A stretch of 64,000 nucleotides of DNA from an uncultured Lachnospiraceae bacterium. GTDB taxonomy: Bacteria; Bacillota; Clostridia; Lachnospirales; Lachnospiraceae. Positions 16,464 through 25,308 of the stretch are shown here, piece by piece (position 1 is the stretch's first letter; each line of letters opens with the position of its first letter). The stretch covers positions 110,674-174,673 of the forward strand of contig CANQNN010000003.1 in assembly GCA_947625205.1 (NCBI GenBank), given 5' to 3'. The notes under the pieces are model-generated. The model had not been told where the DNA came from. It saw only the letters and a list, made by a program, of their open reading frames with translations, and searched no databases. The position numbers were made by a program, and so were the translations under genes.

Positions 16464-17462
16464 TCAGCGGTGCATCTTCTGTAAACGATACAAATACATA
16501 TACAGCGACGGGCTTAACATAAACAGTCCCGTCTTGAGCCGATAGCCTTCCGGCAATTTGTTTTTCGCTCCCGGCACCCGCATAACTTCTTTTAGTTTTT
16601 CATGGCAAAGCCGCACGTGCCCGGTATATTGGCGACGCTTGTTTGCCGGTAGCACAGCCAGCTTTCCCACGGTCAGCATAATACCCGTCATATAGCGGGC
16701 CGTCACCAGTGGATCCAGGCTCTCATCTGTGCAAAGCACTTCTTCTCTCGCCAGCTGCCAGCATTTGACCTGGTCCATATATTCAGGCGTAAATTCACGG
16801 TTTATAGCGCCTGACGGATTACGATAATATCCGTAACCCCGATAGCCGGTCTCCGCGATCCGTGCGATATGCGGCAACATCCTGACGAGGAACAGCATAT
16901 CCTCCCCGATAGTAAGGTCCTCCGGGAAACGCACCTTATCAAATATCTCCCTGCGATACAGCTTGCTCCAGCAGCGACTGTTGCCGCACAGCACTTCATC
17001 TCTGAGATAACTTCCGGCGCCGTACACGGAAACGTCCGCTCCCGCCTGCCCCGGTCGCGATCCCTGCCGCCACTCTTCTTCATTACTCCATATAAAGAAC
17101 CGGCAGCCTGCGACATCGCTTTTCTCTCTGGTCATACACTCGTACAAGCTTCGCAGCATATCGGCGCAGATCCTGTCGTCCGCGTCCACAAAGGTGACAA
17201 GCCCGCCCTTCGCAGCATCCACTCCCGCGTTTCTGGCCGCCGAAACCCCATCGTCGTTCAAAGTCAGGATCCGCACGTTATCATACGTATTCCGCAGCCG
17301 ATCACAGACAGCGGCGGTGTCATCAGTCGAACCGTCATTGACAATGATCACCTCAAAGTTTTCGTAAGTCTGCGCCTCAATACTGCGGATACAGTTTTCC
17401 AGATAATTCTGCCCGTTATAAACCGGCACGATCACGCTGATCAGCGGTTCGTTTTTATTCAT
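16464..17462 (-). CDS. GT2 family glycosyltransferase
   Basis: LISVIVPVYNGQNYLENCIRSIEAQTYENFEVIIVNDGSTDDTAAVCD and GLVTFVDADD. Confidence 0.85.
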   Translation of the reverse strand: MNKNEPLISVIVPVYNGQNYLENCIRSIEAQTYENFEVIIVNDGSTDDTAAVCDRLRNTYDNVRILTLNDDGVSAARNAGVDAAKGGLVTFVDADDRICADMLRSLYECMTREKSDVAGCRFFIWSNEEEWRQGSRPGQAGADVSVYGAGSYLRDEVLCGNSRCWSKLYRREIFDKVRFPEDLTIGEDMLFLVRMLPHIARIAETGYRGYGYYRNPSGAINREFTPEYMDQVKCWQLAREEVLCTDESLDPLVTARYMTGIMLTVGKLAVLPANKRRQYTGHVRLCHEKLKEVMRVPGAKNKLPEGYRLKTGLFMLSPSLYMYLYRLQKMHR

Positions 17463-17474
17463 ATTGGGATCCTC

Positions 17475-18512
17475 TCAACTGATCGACTCATATATTGCAA
17501 GAAGCTGTTTCATATTACTGTCTATGGAATACTCCGCCTGCGCTTTGCGGCGGGCATTTGTCCCCAGCCTGCGGCACAGTCCGGGGTCGGCCAGCAGTGT
17601 AAGAAGCGCCTCCGCCAGAGATTCCGTATTCCGGGGCTCGATCAAAAGTCCTGTGCTCCCGTCAATGATCATATCGGGGATCCCTCCCGTCCTTGACGCC
17701 ACCACAGCGCAGGAATTCGCCATAGCTTCCAAAACGGAAACCGACTGCCCCTCGAAGTAGGAGGGCATCACAAAAATATCACACGACCGCAGATAACGCT
17801 GTTTTTCTTCACCGCTGATCCATCCGAGATCTGTCACCAGATCCCCGAGCGCCCGCGCCTTATCCTGCAGCGTCCGGTCTTCCCATATGCCCGCAAGATA
17901 CAGCCGCGCATCAGGATATTTTTCTCTGATCCGGGGCATCGCGTCCAGGAGTTCGCCGATCCCCTTCGCCCGGCAAAGCCGCCCCATATACAGAATCCTG
18001 TGAACGCCGTACTGCTTATCGGTATGTTCGGGAATGCGGACCGCATCCGGCAAGACCGTGATCCTGTCACTGCCGATGATCGTTCCGAAGAAATCACGCC
18101 ACGCCGTCCCTAACACCAGAAACGCATCCCCCATCATAAGTACTTTCTTTACGCGTTTTCTTCCCTTCGCGCTTAACTGCTTCTCATAGAAATCCGGAAA
18201 ATTTCCGCCGTGCTGGTGGATCACCGTTTTCCTGTGGAACATCTTCGCTGTACGGATAAAAACCGATTTTCTGTAATAACTTGCGTCCGACGCCATATTG
18301 ACATGTACGATATCATACCTGGCAACACATGCCAGAAAAAGGACATATGCCTTCACAGCCTGCAATAGTTTCAACGGCTTTGACCCTTCTGTCATAGTGC
18401 CAATATAACGCAGGTCAACGAGCCGGTCCAGCCCAGCGTCATAATAATTATTTACCACGCCCGATATTCCGCCATGAACGCTTCTGTCAGGGCCTATCAT
18501 CAATACCTTCAT
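17475..18512 (-). CDS. GT4 family glycosyltransferase
   Basis: MKVLMIGPDRSVHGGISGVVNNY N-terminus. FVMPSYFEGQSVSVLEAMANSCAVVASRTGGIPDMIIDGSTGLLIEP C-terminal block. Confidence 0.85.
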   Translation of the reverse strand: MKVLMIGPDRSVHGGISGVVNNYYDAGLDRLVDLRYIGTMTEGSKPLKLLQAVKAYVLFLACVARYDIVHVNMASDASYYRKSVFIRTAKMFHRKTVIHQHGGNFPDFYEKQLSAKGRKRVKKVLMMGDAFLVLGTAWRDFFGTIIGSDRITVLPDAVRIPEHTDKQYGVHRILYMGRLCRAKGIGELLDAMPRIREKYPDARLYLAGIWEDRTLQDKARALGDLVTDLGWISGEEKQRYLRSCDIFVMPSYFEGQSVSVLEAMANSCAVVASRTGGIPDMIIDGSTGLLIEPRNTESLAEALLTLLADPGLCRRLGTNARRKAQAEYSIDSNMKQLLAIYESIS

Positions 18513-18547
18513 CCGTCACACTCCCACGGGCATACCTTTTAATAGGA

Positions 18548-19960
18548 TCATCTGGACCCTTTTCCCGTCAGGACCACCGCAATCGTCCGAAACAGGATCT
18601 TAATGTCAAGCCCCAGCGTCCAGTTGTCAATATATTCGAGATCCAGTTTTACCACTTCGTCAAAATCCACGATATCGCTCCGGCCGTTGACCTGCCATAA
18701 GCCCGTCAGTCCCGGCGTCATGCTGATCCGCCTTCTGTAATGGGAATTATACTGTTCAAACTCGTCTTCCGTCGGAGGTCTTGTCCCAACCAGGCTCATG
18801 TCGCCCTTCACAATATTAAAAAACTGAGGCAGCTCGTCAATGCTTGTCTTACGAATAAATTTACCCACTCTCGTGATACGCGGGTCATTATCCATCTTAA
18901 ACATCAACCCCTGCATCTCGTTCCGGTTTTCCAGTTCTTTCCTGCGCTCTTCCGCATCCACATACATGGAGCGGAATTTATAGATCCTGAACCGCCTTCC
19001 GTTCTTACCGATCCTCGTCTGGGCAAAAAAGACCGGCCCCGGCGAATCGATCCGGATAGCGGCGGCGACAAACGGCGTGACCAGCACTGTCAGCACGCAG
19101 CCCACAAGTCCGCCCGCGATATCGATCATACGCTTCAGCGCCATACGCCGGTAATCATAGTGATTGATGGAATAAGTCACCACCGTATAACCGGCAAAAT
19201 CCTCTACCCGCACCTCTTTCTGCGGACGTTCTATAATGTCTATGTTGTAATGGCACGCGACACCCATAGACTCCAGGTCGTATATGATGTCCCGCACATA
19301 ATCCCTGTCTTCATCCGGCAGATTAATAAACACCTCGTCAAGCGGCATCTGCCTGGCAAGATCCAACACGTTATCTCTGCCTGCGTTCACTCTGACCCCG
19401 TCGATGACCACGCCCTGCCTGTCCGCATCGATACAGGCAAGCGCCACGATCTCATAATTGATATCCATGCCCTCTCTGAGCCGCGACACCGTACTGTCCA
19501 GCACGGAATCCTTCGCAACGATCATGATCTTCACAATATGAGATCCGGAAGTAAAATAGATCCGCAGCATTTTCTTCATGCCGATCCTTACAAGCCAGAC
19601 TATGAGCACATCCAATACGCCGAAATATCCCATGACAAGACGTGAAAACCCCGCGCCGCGCTGGGACAGAAACAGAAGCGCCATAAGCGACAGCACCATA
19701 AAGATATTAAACTTGACAACGGCTATAAATTCTACAAGGACTCCACGCTTAAGAAACTCTCTGTTCCAGTCAAACAAAAAACTGTAGACCGTACAGAACA
19801 GAAGAAAGCAGATATAACCGATAAAATGCAGCTCCGGTTCATCAACCCATCTGAAGCTGTGGTAACGTATTAAGATTGCCGCAATATATGCAACGGAAAT
19901 GCTGACCAGATCTGTAAACAGGAGCCAGTATCCTTCGATGATCTTCGTTTTACGGTTCAT
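18548..19960 (-). CDS. Large polyprenyl-phosphate hexose-1-phosphate transferase (WcaJ/CpsE/WbaP-type initiating enzyme)
   Basis: 470 aa. Four N-terminal TM segments, a central soluble domain, then the bacterial sugar transferase domain: KRMIDIAGGLVGCVLT...SPGPVFFAQTRIGKNGRRFRIYKFRSM...DELPQFFNIVKGDMSLVGTRPP...PGLTGLWQVNGRS. It is the first gene downstream of the divergent intergenic region. Confidence 0.85.
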   Translation of the reverse strand: MNRKTKIIEGYWLLFTDLVSISVAYIAAILIRYHSFRWVDEPELHFIGYICFLLFCTVYSFLFDWNREFLKRGVLVEFIAVVKFNIFMVLSLMALLFLSQRGAGFSRLVMGYFGVLDVLIVWLVRIGMKKMLRIYFTSGSHIVKIMIVAKDSVLDSTVSRLREGMDINYEIVALACIDADRQGVVIDGVRVNAGRDNVLDLARQMPLDEVFINLPDEDRDYVRDIIYDLESMGVACHYNIDIIERPQKEVRVEDFAGYTVVTYSINHYDYRRMALKRMIDIAGGLVGCVLTVLVTPFVAAAIRIDSPGPVFFAQTRIGKNGRRFRIYKFRSMYVDAEERRKELENRNEMQGLMFKMDNDPRITRVGKFIRKTSIDELPQFFNIVKGDMSLVGTRPPTEDEFEQYNSHYRRRISMTPGLTGLWQVNGRSDIVDFDEVVKLDLEYIDNWTLGLDIKILFRTIAVVLTGKGSR

Positions 19961-20010
19961 TCTTATCCCTCAGGCAGTCTTCTCTGCCGCTATAATAAAT
20001 ATACCAGTTT

Positions 20011-20039
20011 AGAATACCATTTTTCAGGCCAAAATTCAA
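20011..20039 (-). promoter_or_regulatory. Candidate sigma-A-type promoter for the 19960-leftward operon
   Basis: On the minus strand: TTGAAT (20039-20034), 17 nt spacer ending in TGG, then TATTCT (20016-20011), an extended -10-like arrangement. It lies about 50 nt upstream of the ATG at 19960. Sequence pattern only. Confidence 0.3.
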
Positions 20040-20085
20040 CCGAATCACATCAAATCATCCGTCACCGGCGCAACCGGCCGAATAT

Positions 20086-20114
20086 TTGCAATATATTTTC
20101 GCATGTTATATAAT
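20086..20114 (+). promoter_or_regulatory. Candidate sigma-A-type promoter for the plus-strand gtrB-like/gtrA/GT-C unit
   Basis: TTGCAA (20086-20091), exactly 17 nt spacer, TATAAT (20109-20114). It sits about 38 nt upstream of the ATG at 20152, which is preceded by GGGAAGGAG. Confidence 0.5.
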
Positions 20115-20151
20115 ACACGTTAGATTATATGCTTTGGGAAGGAGCTTTGCG

Positions 20152-21099
20152 ATGGAGAGAAAAATCTCTTTTGTCATACCCGCTTACAATGAGGAAGAAT
20201 CGCTGGCAGAGCTGTACAGTCGGATCATGACGAACGTGCAGTCGTGCCTGTCAGAAGGGCTTCTGTCGGATTACGAGATCCTCTTTGTGGACGATGGCTC
20301 CACGGATCATTCCGTGCAGGTGATGAAAGAACTGCACAGCCGCGATGACAGGGTGCGCTACATCATCTTCCGAAAGAACTTCGGCAAGTCCATCGCCCTG
20401 CAGGCCGCATTCCGCAACGTTACAGGCGATATCATCATCACGATGGACGCCGATCTGCAGGACGAGCCTTCAGAGCTTAGAAACTTTCTCTTAAAGCTGG
20501 ACGAGGGATATGACATGGTCGTAGGCTGGAAAGTCAACCGCCTTGATCCTATGGAAAAAAAGCTGCCTTCCAAACTGTTCAATAAAGTGACCTCCAAAAT
20601 GTCCGGGCTGAAGCTGCACGATTTTGACTGCGGATATAAGGCATTCCGGCGGGAAGTCGCCGACAGCCTGGATGTGTATGGCGAGATGCACCGCTATATT
20701 CCGGTACTGGCATACCGCAGGGGTTTTTCCATCACGGAGATTCCTGTCCAGCACAACAAGAGGAAACACGGCAAATCCAAATACGGCATGGAGCGCTATA
20801 TGAGGGGACTGTTCGATTTTCTCTCTGTTGCTTTTTTATCCAACTACCACGACAGACCGATGTACTTCTTCGGCAAGGTCGGAACCGGTTTCTTCGGGAT
20901 CGGCTTTCTGATATGTCTGTACCTGACCGTCAGGTGGTTTATGGGCGCCCAGATCGGTACAAGACCTCTCCTGCAGCTGGGCGTTATGCTGATCTTCCTC
21001 GGTGTGCAGTTTCTGTCCATCGGATTTATCGGCAATATGCTTGTGGACGCCACGGTGCGGAACAACTATTCGGAAGCTCACATCAAAGAGAAAGTATAG
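20152..21099 (+). CDS. GT2 polyprenyl-phosphate glycosyltransferase (GtrB/CsbB/ArnC-like)
   Basis: Start at the MERKISFVIPAYNEEESL ATG (20152) with a strong SD; the track ORF begins earlier without one. Motifs: ILFVDDGSTDHS, TMDADLQDEP, GYKAFRREV, HNKRKHGKSKYG. Two C-terminal TM helices (MYFFGKVGTGFFGIGFLICLYL, LQLGVMLIFLGVQFLSIGFIG), the hallmark topology of GtrB-type enzymes. Confidence 0.8.
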   Translation: MERKISFVIPAYNEEESLAELYSRIMTNVQSCLSEGLLSDYEILFVDDGSTDHSVQVMKELHSRDDRVRYIIFRKNFGKSIALQAAFRNVTGDIIITMDADLQDEPSELRNFLLKLDEGYDMVVGWKVNRLDPMEKKLPSKLFNKVTSKMSGLKLHDFDCGYKAFRREVADSLDVYGEMHRYIPVLAYRRGFSITEIPVQHNKRKHGKSKYGMERYMRGLFDFLSVAFLSNYHDRPMYFFGKVGTGFFGIGFLICLYLTVRWFMGAQIGTRPLLQLGVMLIFLGVQFLSIGFIGNMLVDATVRNNYSEAHIKEKV

Positions 21100-21120
21100 C
21101 CCGGGGAAGGGGAAGCCTGC

Positions 21121-21552
21121 ATGATCAAATGGATACGAAAATTGCTGGATAACGAGGTCATACGGTACGCTATCACGGGGGGACTCGTTACTCTGACCAA
21201 TGCCGCAGGATATTTTCTGCTGCGCGAACTGGGGATCATCTATACGGCAGCCAATATTGTGAGCCTTATTCTGTCGAAAGTGGTCGGTTTTTTTCTGAAT
21301 AAATTCTGGGTCTACCGGTCCAAGAATGATACTTTTCTGCAGGCTTTTCTGGAGCTGCTGCGTTTTATTCTTGCAAGGGGATTTACGGGGCTGGTGGATT
21401 TCTTCGGTCTGATCTTGATGGTGGAGCTGCTCGGCTGGAATGACCGTATTTCCAAAATCGCCGTTATGCTGGCGGTGATCGTTCTGAACTATGTGCTCGG
21501 CAAAAAGGCGGTTTTTGTAAACAGAAAAAAAGCAAATCAGGAGTCTGACTGA
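21121..21552 (+). CDS. GtrA family membrane protein (putative Und-P-sugar flippase component)
   Basis: 143 aa with four TM segments. VIRYAITGGLVTLTNAAGYFLL and KVVGFFLNKFWVYRS are typical GtrA family blocks. Directly follows the GtrB-like gene. Confidence 0.75.
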   Translation: MIKWIRKLLDNEVIRYAITGGLVTLTNAAGYFLLRELGIIYTAANIVSLILSKVVGFFLNKFWVYRSKNDTFLQAFLELLRFILARGFTGLVDFFGLILMVELLGWNDRISKIAVMLAVIVLNYVLGKKAVFVNRKKANQESD

Positions 21553-21566
21553 GGGAGCAGAATAAA

Positions 21567-23156
21567 ATGCACGATAAGATTCAAAACATATTTCACAGTC
21601 AAAAGTTTTTTACCGCAGTCTTTATTGTATTTCTTTCCCTCTATATGCTTATCGGACTCTCCTCGTTCCAGGACTACAATGTGTCCGTGGACGAGCCTAT
21701 CCAGAGAGAACACAGCCGGGTCGCCTACAAATATATCAATGAGAAGCTGCTGCACAGGCAGATAGCCAGTCTGGCGGATCTGCCCGATCTGCAGGAATAC
21801 GAACATAAATACTATGGCGTTGCCATACAGATGCCGCTCATGCTGGCGGAAGATCTGTTCCATTTCGATCTGTCGCCCCGGCGTATTTTTCAGGGACGCC
21901 ATCTGTACAATTTCCTGATCTGCACGGCGGGATATATCTGTTTTTTTCTGGCGCTGGTCAAAATCTTTAAGAACAAATGGTATGCCTTTGCGGGAATGCT
22001 GTTTATCTCTTTATATCCACGTTTCTACGCCTGTCAGTATTATGACATCAAAAATATGATCTTTGCCGCCTTAAATATGGTCACGCTCCTGACACTTGTC
22101 AACGTGGCAGAGCGGTGTAATATCACAAACATCCTTCTGTTTGCTCTGGCGGCGGCCATCACCACAAACCAGCGGATCATGGGGGTGCTGTTTCCCGCCG
22201 TTCTGATTGGATATTTTGCGATAACGGATATTGTGGGGAAACGTAAGGAACGCGGTATTCTTATACTGCGCAAATATGTTCTGGTGCTTTTTTTCTACTT
22301 GCTCTTCTGGTTTGCGGTCACCCCGGCTGCATGGGTGTCGCCCATCCGGACGTTTTATGAGACTTTCGCCGGTTTTTCCCACTATGAGAAATGGAACGGC
22401 ACAATGCACTTTAACGGCCGGCTGGTAACCTGCGAGGAGCGGCCGTGGTACTATCTGTTCGTATGGTTTGGCATCACGATCCCTGTCTGGCAGATCGCGC
22501 TGTTTGCCGCAGGCCACGTGTATGCGGCAGTCTGCATATGGGAATCCAGAAGACGCCCGGCCGATCTGGTGGGAAAACACAAATGGCTCGCCTGTTCACT
22601 CGCCCTCTTCTGGGGATCCGTCGGAGCCGTCATCATCCTGAACGCCAGGATCTATGAGACATGGCGGCATATGTATTTCGTTTTTGTACCGTTTTGCTGT
22701 ATCTGTGTCTACGGACTGCGCTTTCTTGCAGAGAAGACCGGTCGGTATGCGGCAGGCGCCGCCGTTGCGGTCTGTCTGACCGTACAGGTGGGATGGATGG
22801 TTTACAACCATCCTTATCAGGATGTGTACTTTAATGCGATTGGAAGAAAATACGCAACAGAATTTGACCGGGATACGTGGCATATGTCCAATCTTGAAAT
22901 GTTAAAGTGGATCGCCCGAAACGATGATGACGATCAGATAACCGTACAGGGATATTTCCTTGAAACCGCAGAGCTGGTGATGGACGATACAGACACCGCC
23001 AGGATCAGGATCGTTCCGGACGATGCGGAATATATCGTGGCAAATTATACGGCTGTTTCAGGCAATACGCTGTCATATGAAGGATACGGGGAGGTATACA
23101 CGGTGTGGACGGACAACTATAAACTCGGTTCCGTATTTCGCAGACTCGAACAGTAA
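21567..23156 (+). CDS. Polytopic membrane protein, putative GT-C fold glycosyltransferase (ArnT/PMT/YkcB-like)
   Basis: 529 aa, about 11-12 TM. Acidic first-loop motif YNVSVDEPIQREH after TM1, as in GT-C enzymes. Third gene of a GtrB/GtrA/GT-C type trio. Non-hydrophobic C-terminal ~100 aa. Confidence 0.55.
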   Translation: MHDKIQNIFHSQKFFTAVFIVFLSLYMLIGLSSFQDYNVSVDEPIQREHSRVAYKYINEKLLHRQIASLADLPDLQEYEHKYYGVAIQMPLMLAEDLFHFDLSPRRIFQGRHLYNFLICTAGYICFFLALVKIFKNKWYAFAGMLFISLYPRFYACQYYDIKNMIFAALNMVTLLTLVNVAERCNITNILLFALAAAITTNQRIMGVLFPAVLIGYFAITDIVGKRKERGILILRKYVLVLFFYLLFWFAVTPAAWVSPIRTFYETFAGFSHYEKWNGTMHFNGRLVTCEERPWYYLFVWFGITIPVWQIALFAAGHVYAAVCIWESRRRPADLVGKHKWLACSLALFWGSVGAVIILNARIYETWRHMYFVFVPFCCICVYGLRFLAEKTGRYAAGAAVAVCLTVQVGWMVYNHPYQDVYFNAIGRKYATEFDRDTWHMSNLEMLKWIARNDDDDQITVQGYFLETAELVMDDTDTARIRIVPDDAEYIVANYTAVSGNTLSYEGYGEVYTVWTDNYKLGSVFRRLEQ

Positions 23157-24355
23157 TATCCCATCATCATAAGCAGGAAATTTCTCCCTATGTAAACGGA
23201 TACCAGATGCGCTTCTATCGTAGTATAGACTGCAAGGATCGCAAAGACCAGCAGCCCGCAGGCGTCCCGCTTCTTATAAAGCTGCCACACAAATCCAAGG
23301 CTGGCCAGAACATACAGTATTCCGGGCACGATGCCGTACCGGTAAAACAGCTTCACCCAGCCCATATCAAAGTAATAATCCATGTTTTCCGGACATGAGA
23401 AAGCGGACCATGTCTCTATCATGCCATCGTTCCTCTCCGAGTCTGTAAGAGATACGATCCTCCCCGTGATCATTTCATCGATCCGCGATAGAATCTCTAT
23501 GTGCCTGTTATCGAAATGCTCTCCGAGAAAATAATCGCACCACTGAAGATCCCGCACACGCTGCGCACACGCCGCCGCGTCCACGGACAGTAACAGACAG
23601 AAAACAAATGCCATAACTCCGCAGATATAGATAAATTTTTTCTCCCGCAGCGCCCTGCAGTACGTCAGCAGACATGCCCCCGCAAGATAGGCAGATGTGA
23701 TGAGCATTCCCGTTCTGGAATCCGTCAGCGCATAAACTCCCACATTCAGCAGCATGACAAAAAGATAAATATACCACTTCATGCGGTCGAACCAGACATA
23801 GACCCCCAGAACCACAAGCATAAAGAACATACAGGAAAACGCATTCGGATGGCCCATCCCCAGCGTATAACGCGTCTCGGACGCCGCAAGCGTTCCGCTG
23901 TACCGCGCCGCATCCAGAGCTTCCCTGCCGACATGCCCGAATACGCCCGTCGCGGTGGGCTCCCCATAGATACCCGTCAGCGCCAGTACCACAATAGATA
24001 CGCATCCGGCAAGCGTCACATAAAATGTATACCGGAGCATCTGCTTAAGCGGGATGCCCTTGCAGGCTGCCACAAATGTCACGATCCTGATAATGTCATT
24101 TTTGCCTGTAACGCGATAGGATACAAATCCCACCGCCTCCAAAAGAAGGATCGCACACCATTCTTTCCGCGAATGATCCGTGCACAGCATCTTCAGGAAA
24201 AAGATCAGGAAAGTAAGCCGGAACAACTGTCCCTCAATGGGATTGATATAATTGCTCTTATCTACAAGCATTATCACAAGCTCGACTGTCAGTCCGGCAT
24301 AGAACAACAGCCACGGAAGTCTGCTTTCCTTTATGCTTCGATACCATTTAGCCAT
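23117..24355 (-). CDS. Polytopic membrane protein, putative Wzy-type polymerase
   Basis: Start set to ATG 24355 (MAKWYRSIKESRLPWLLFYAG), preceded by GAGGAGAG. About 10-11 TM. Motif RYTLGMGHPNAFSCMFFMLVVLGVYVWFDRMKW parallels RWGMGYSHPNVFHVSYLVLCLLAGYVLYDRMKW in the 7923-9491 product. LTDSRTGML block. The 3' end overlaps the convergent GT-C-like gene by 40 nt. Confidence 0.5.
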   Translation of the reverse strand: MAKWYRSIKESRLPWLLFYAGLTVELVIMLVDKSNYINPIEGQLFRLTFLIFFLKMLCTDHSRKEWCAILLLEAVGFVSYRVTGKNDIIRIVTFVAACKGIPLKQMLRYTFYVTLAGCVSIVVLALTGIYGEPTATGVFGHVGREALDAARYSGTLAASETRYTLGMGHPNAFSCMFFMLVVLGVYVWFDRMKWYIYLFVMLLNVGVYALTDSRTGMLITSAYLAGACLLTYCRALREKKFIYICGVMAFVFCLLLSVDAAACAQRVRDLQWCDYFLGEHFDNRHIEILSRIDEMITGRIVSLTDSERNDGMIETWSAFSCPENMDYYFDMGWVKLFYRYGIVPGILYVLASLGFVWQLYKKRDACGLLVFAILAVYTTIEAHLVSVYIGRNFLLMMMGYYCSSLRNTEPSL

Positions 24356-24366
24356 CGCACTCTCCT

Positions 24367-25308
24367 CTATCGGCGCAGAAGCCGCGCCATCTTCCCGTGC
24401 GTTGTGCGCAGCCACCGGCTGCATGCCAACTTGAATTGTCTCAGTCTGATACCTGCCCTGCTGACCTTGGGCGCAATCAGGAACGCATACTCCTTCTGGT
24501 GCATCCTTAGGTATTCAGGATAGCTTTCATCAATCGGGACGCGGACAAACTTCGCATCCCTCTCAAACATATCCTCCCCGCATAGAAGCCTGTCAACCGC
24601 TTCATGCAGATATCGGGACGAATTATATTCCCGGTGCGCCGCCGCCTTTACCTTGACGCCGACGCGCTTAGCCACGCTTTTCTCACCGTCTCCACCCATA
24701 TAGCCAAAATGCCAGCCGCCGTCTGCCACACGCACGCTGCGCGGATCAGCAGGCGATACCTCCCGCAAATACACGATCCCCTCTTCCGGAATATTCTGAT
24801 AGCTGCATATCTTGGTCCCCAGCCACCGTCTATGCTCCACGCCCTCAAATTCTCCCGTAACGGACAGCAGATTGCCGGATACCTCCTCTATATTGAGAAA
24901 GCAGTAAAACATTCTCTGCGCCAGATGATATATTTTCGTGGGATCAAAATCAGCGATGATCTTCTCTAACGCTTTCGGATCCGGTATTTCATCCACATCG
25001 CTTAAGATAATGATATCGTCCGGTCTGCAGTCTGTAAGGCCGCGAATCAGCCGGTTCTTCTGAAATTTATCCCGCTCGTGGGTGGTCACGCCGCTCATCG
25101 GAGAATCGTCCACCGCCACATATATGATCTTGTCCTCAAACTCGGCAAACATATCCCTGTGATCGGCAAACACCATCTTCTTCGGTTCTCCAGAGAAGGT
25201 TACCGTAGATTCTTCCAGCACGAATTTATCTACATAAGGCGCCAGAATATGCATTCTGAGTTTTAAGATATCCAATTCATTAAAAAAAGGAATACAGTCG
25301 TATATCAT
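24367..25308 (-). CDS. GT17 family glycosyltransferase (GnT-III/MGAT3-like)
   Basis: Start set to ATG 25308 (ATGA overlap with upstream stop): MIYDCIPFFNELDILKLRMHILAPYVDKFVLEESTVTFSGEPKKMVF. This matches the F-N-E-L-D-L-L...D-x-F-V...E-S-x-x-T-F-x-G-x-P-K pattern of GT17. Then IIILSDVDEIPD. Confidence 0.7.
   Translation of the reverse strand: MIYDCIPFFNELDILKLRMHILAPYVDKFVLEESTVTFSGEPKKMVFADHRDMFAEFEDKIIYVAVDDSPMSGVTTHERDKFQKNRLIRGLTDCRPDDIIILSDVDEIPDPKALEKIIADFDPTKIYHLAQRMFYCFLNIEEVSGNLLSVTGEFEGVEHRRWLGTKICSYQNIPEEGIVYLREVSPADPRSVRVADGGWHFGYMGGDGEKSVAKRVGVKVKAAAHREYNSSRYLHEAVDRLLCGEDMFERDAKFVRVPIDESYPEYLRMHQKEYAFLIAPKVSRAGIRLRQFKLACSRWLRTTHGKMARLLRR

Noticed and set aside
24356-24424. N-terminal extensions given by the ORF track for several genes (for example to 24424, 25425, 32660, 15404, 9530, 51086, 49452, 63176 and 20086)
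   Set aside because: The extensions overlap the preceding gene by tens of bases, often begin at GTG or TTG, lack SD sequences, and add residues absent from the family N-termini. Internal ATGs give canonical N-termini with SD sites or ATGA/TAATG coupling.
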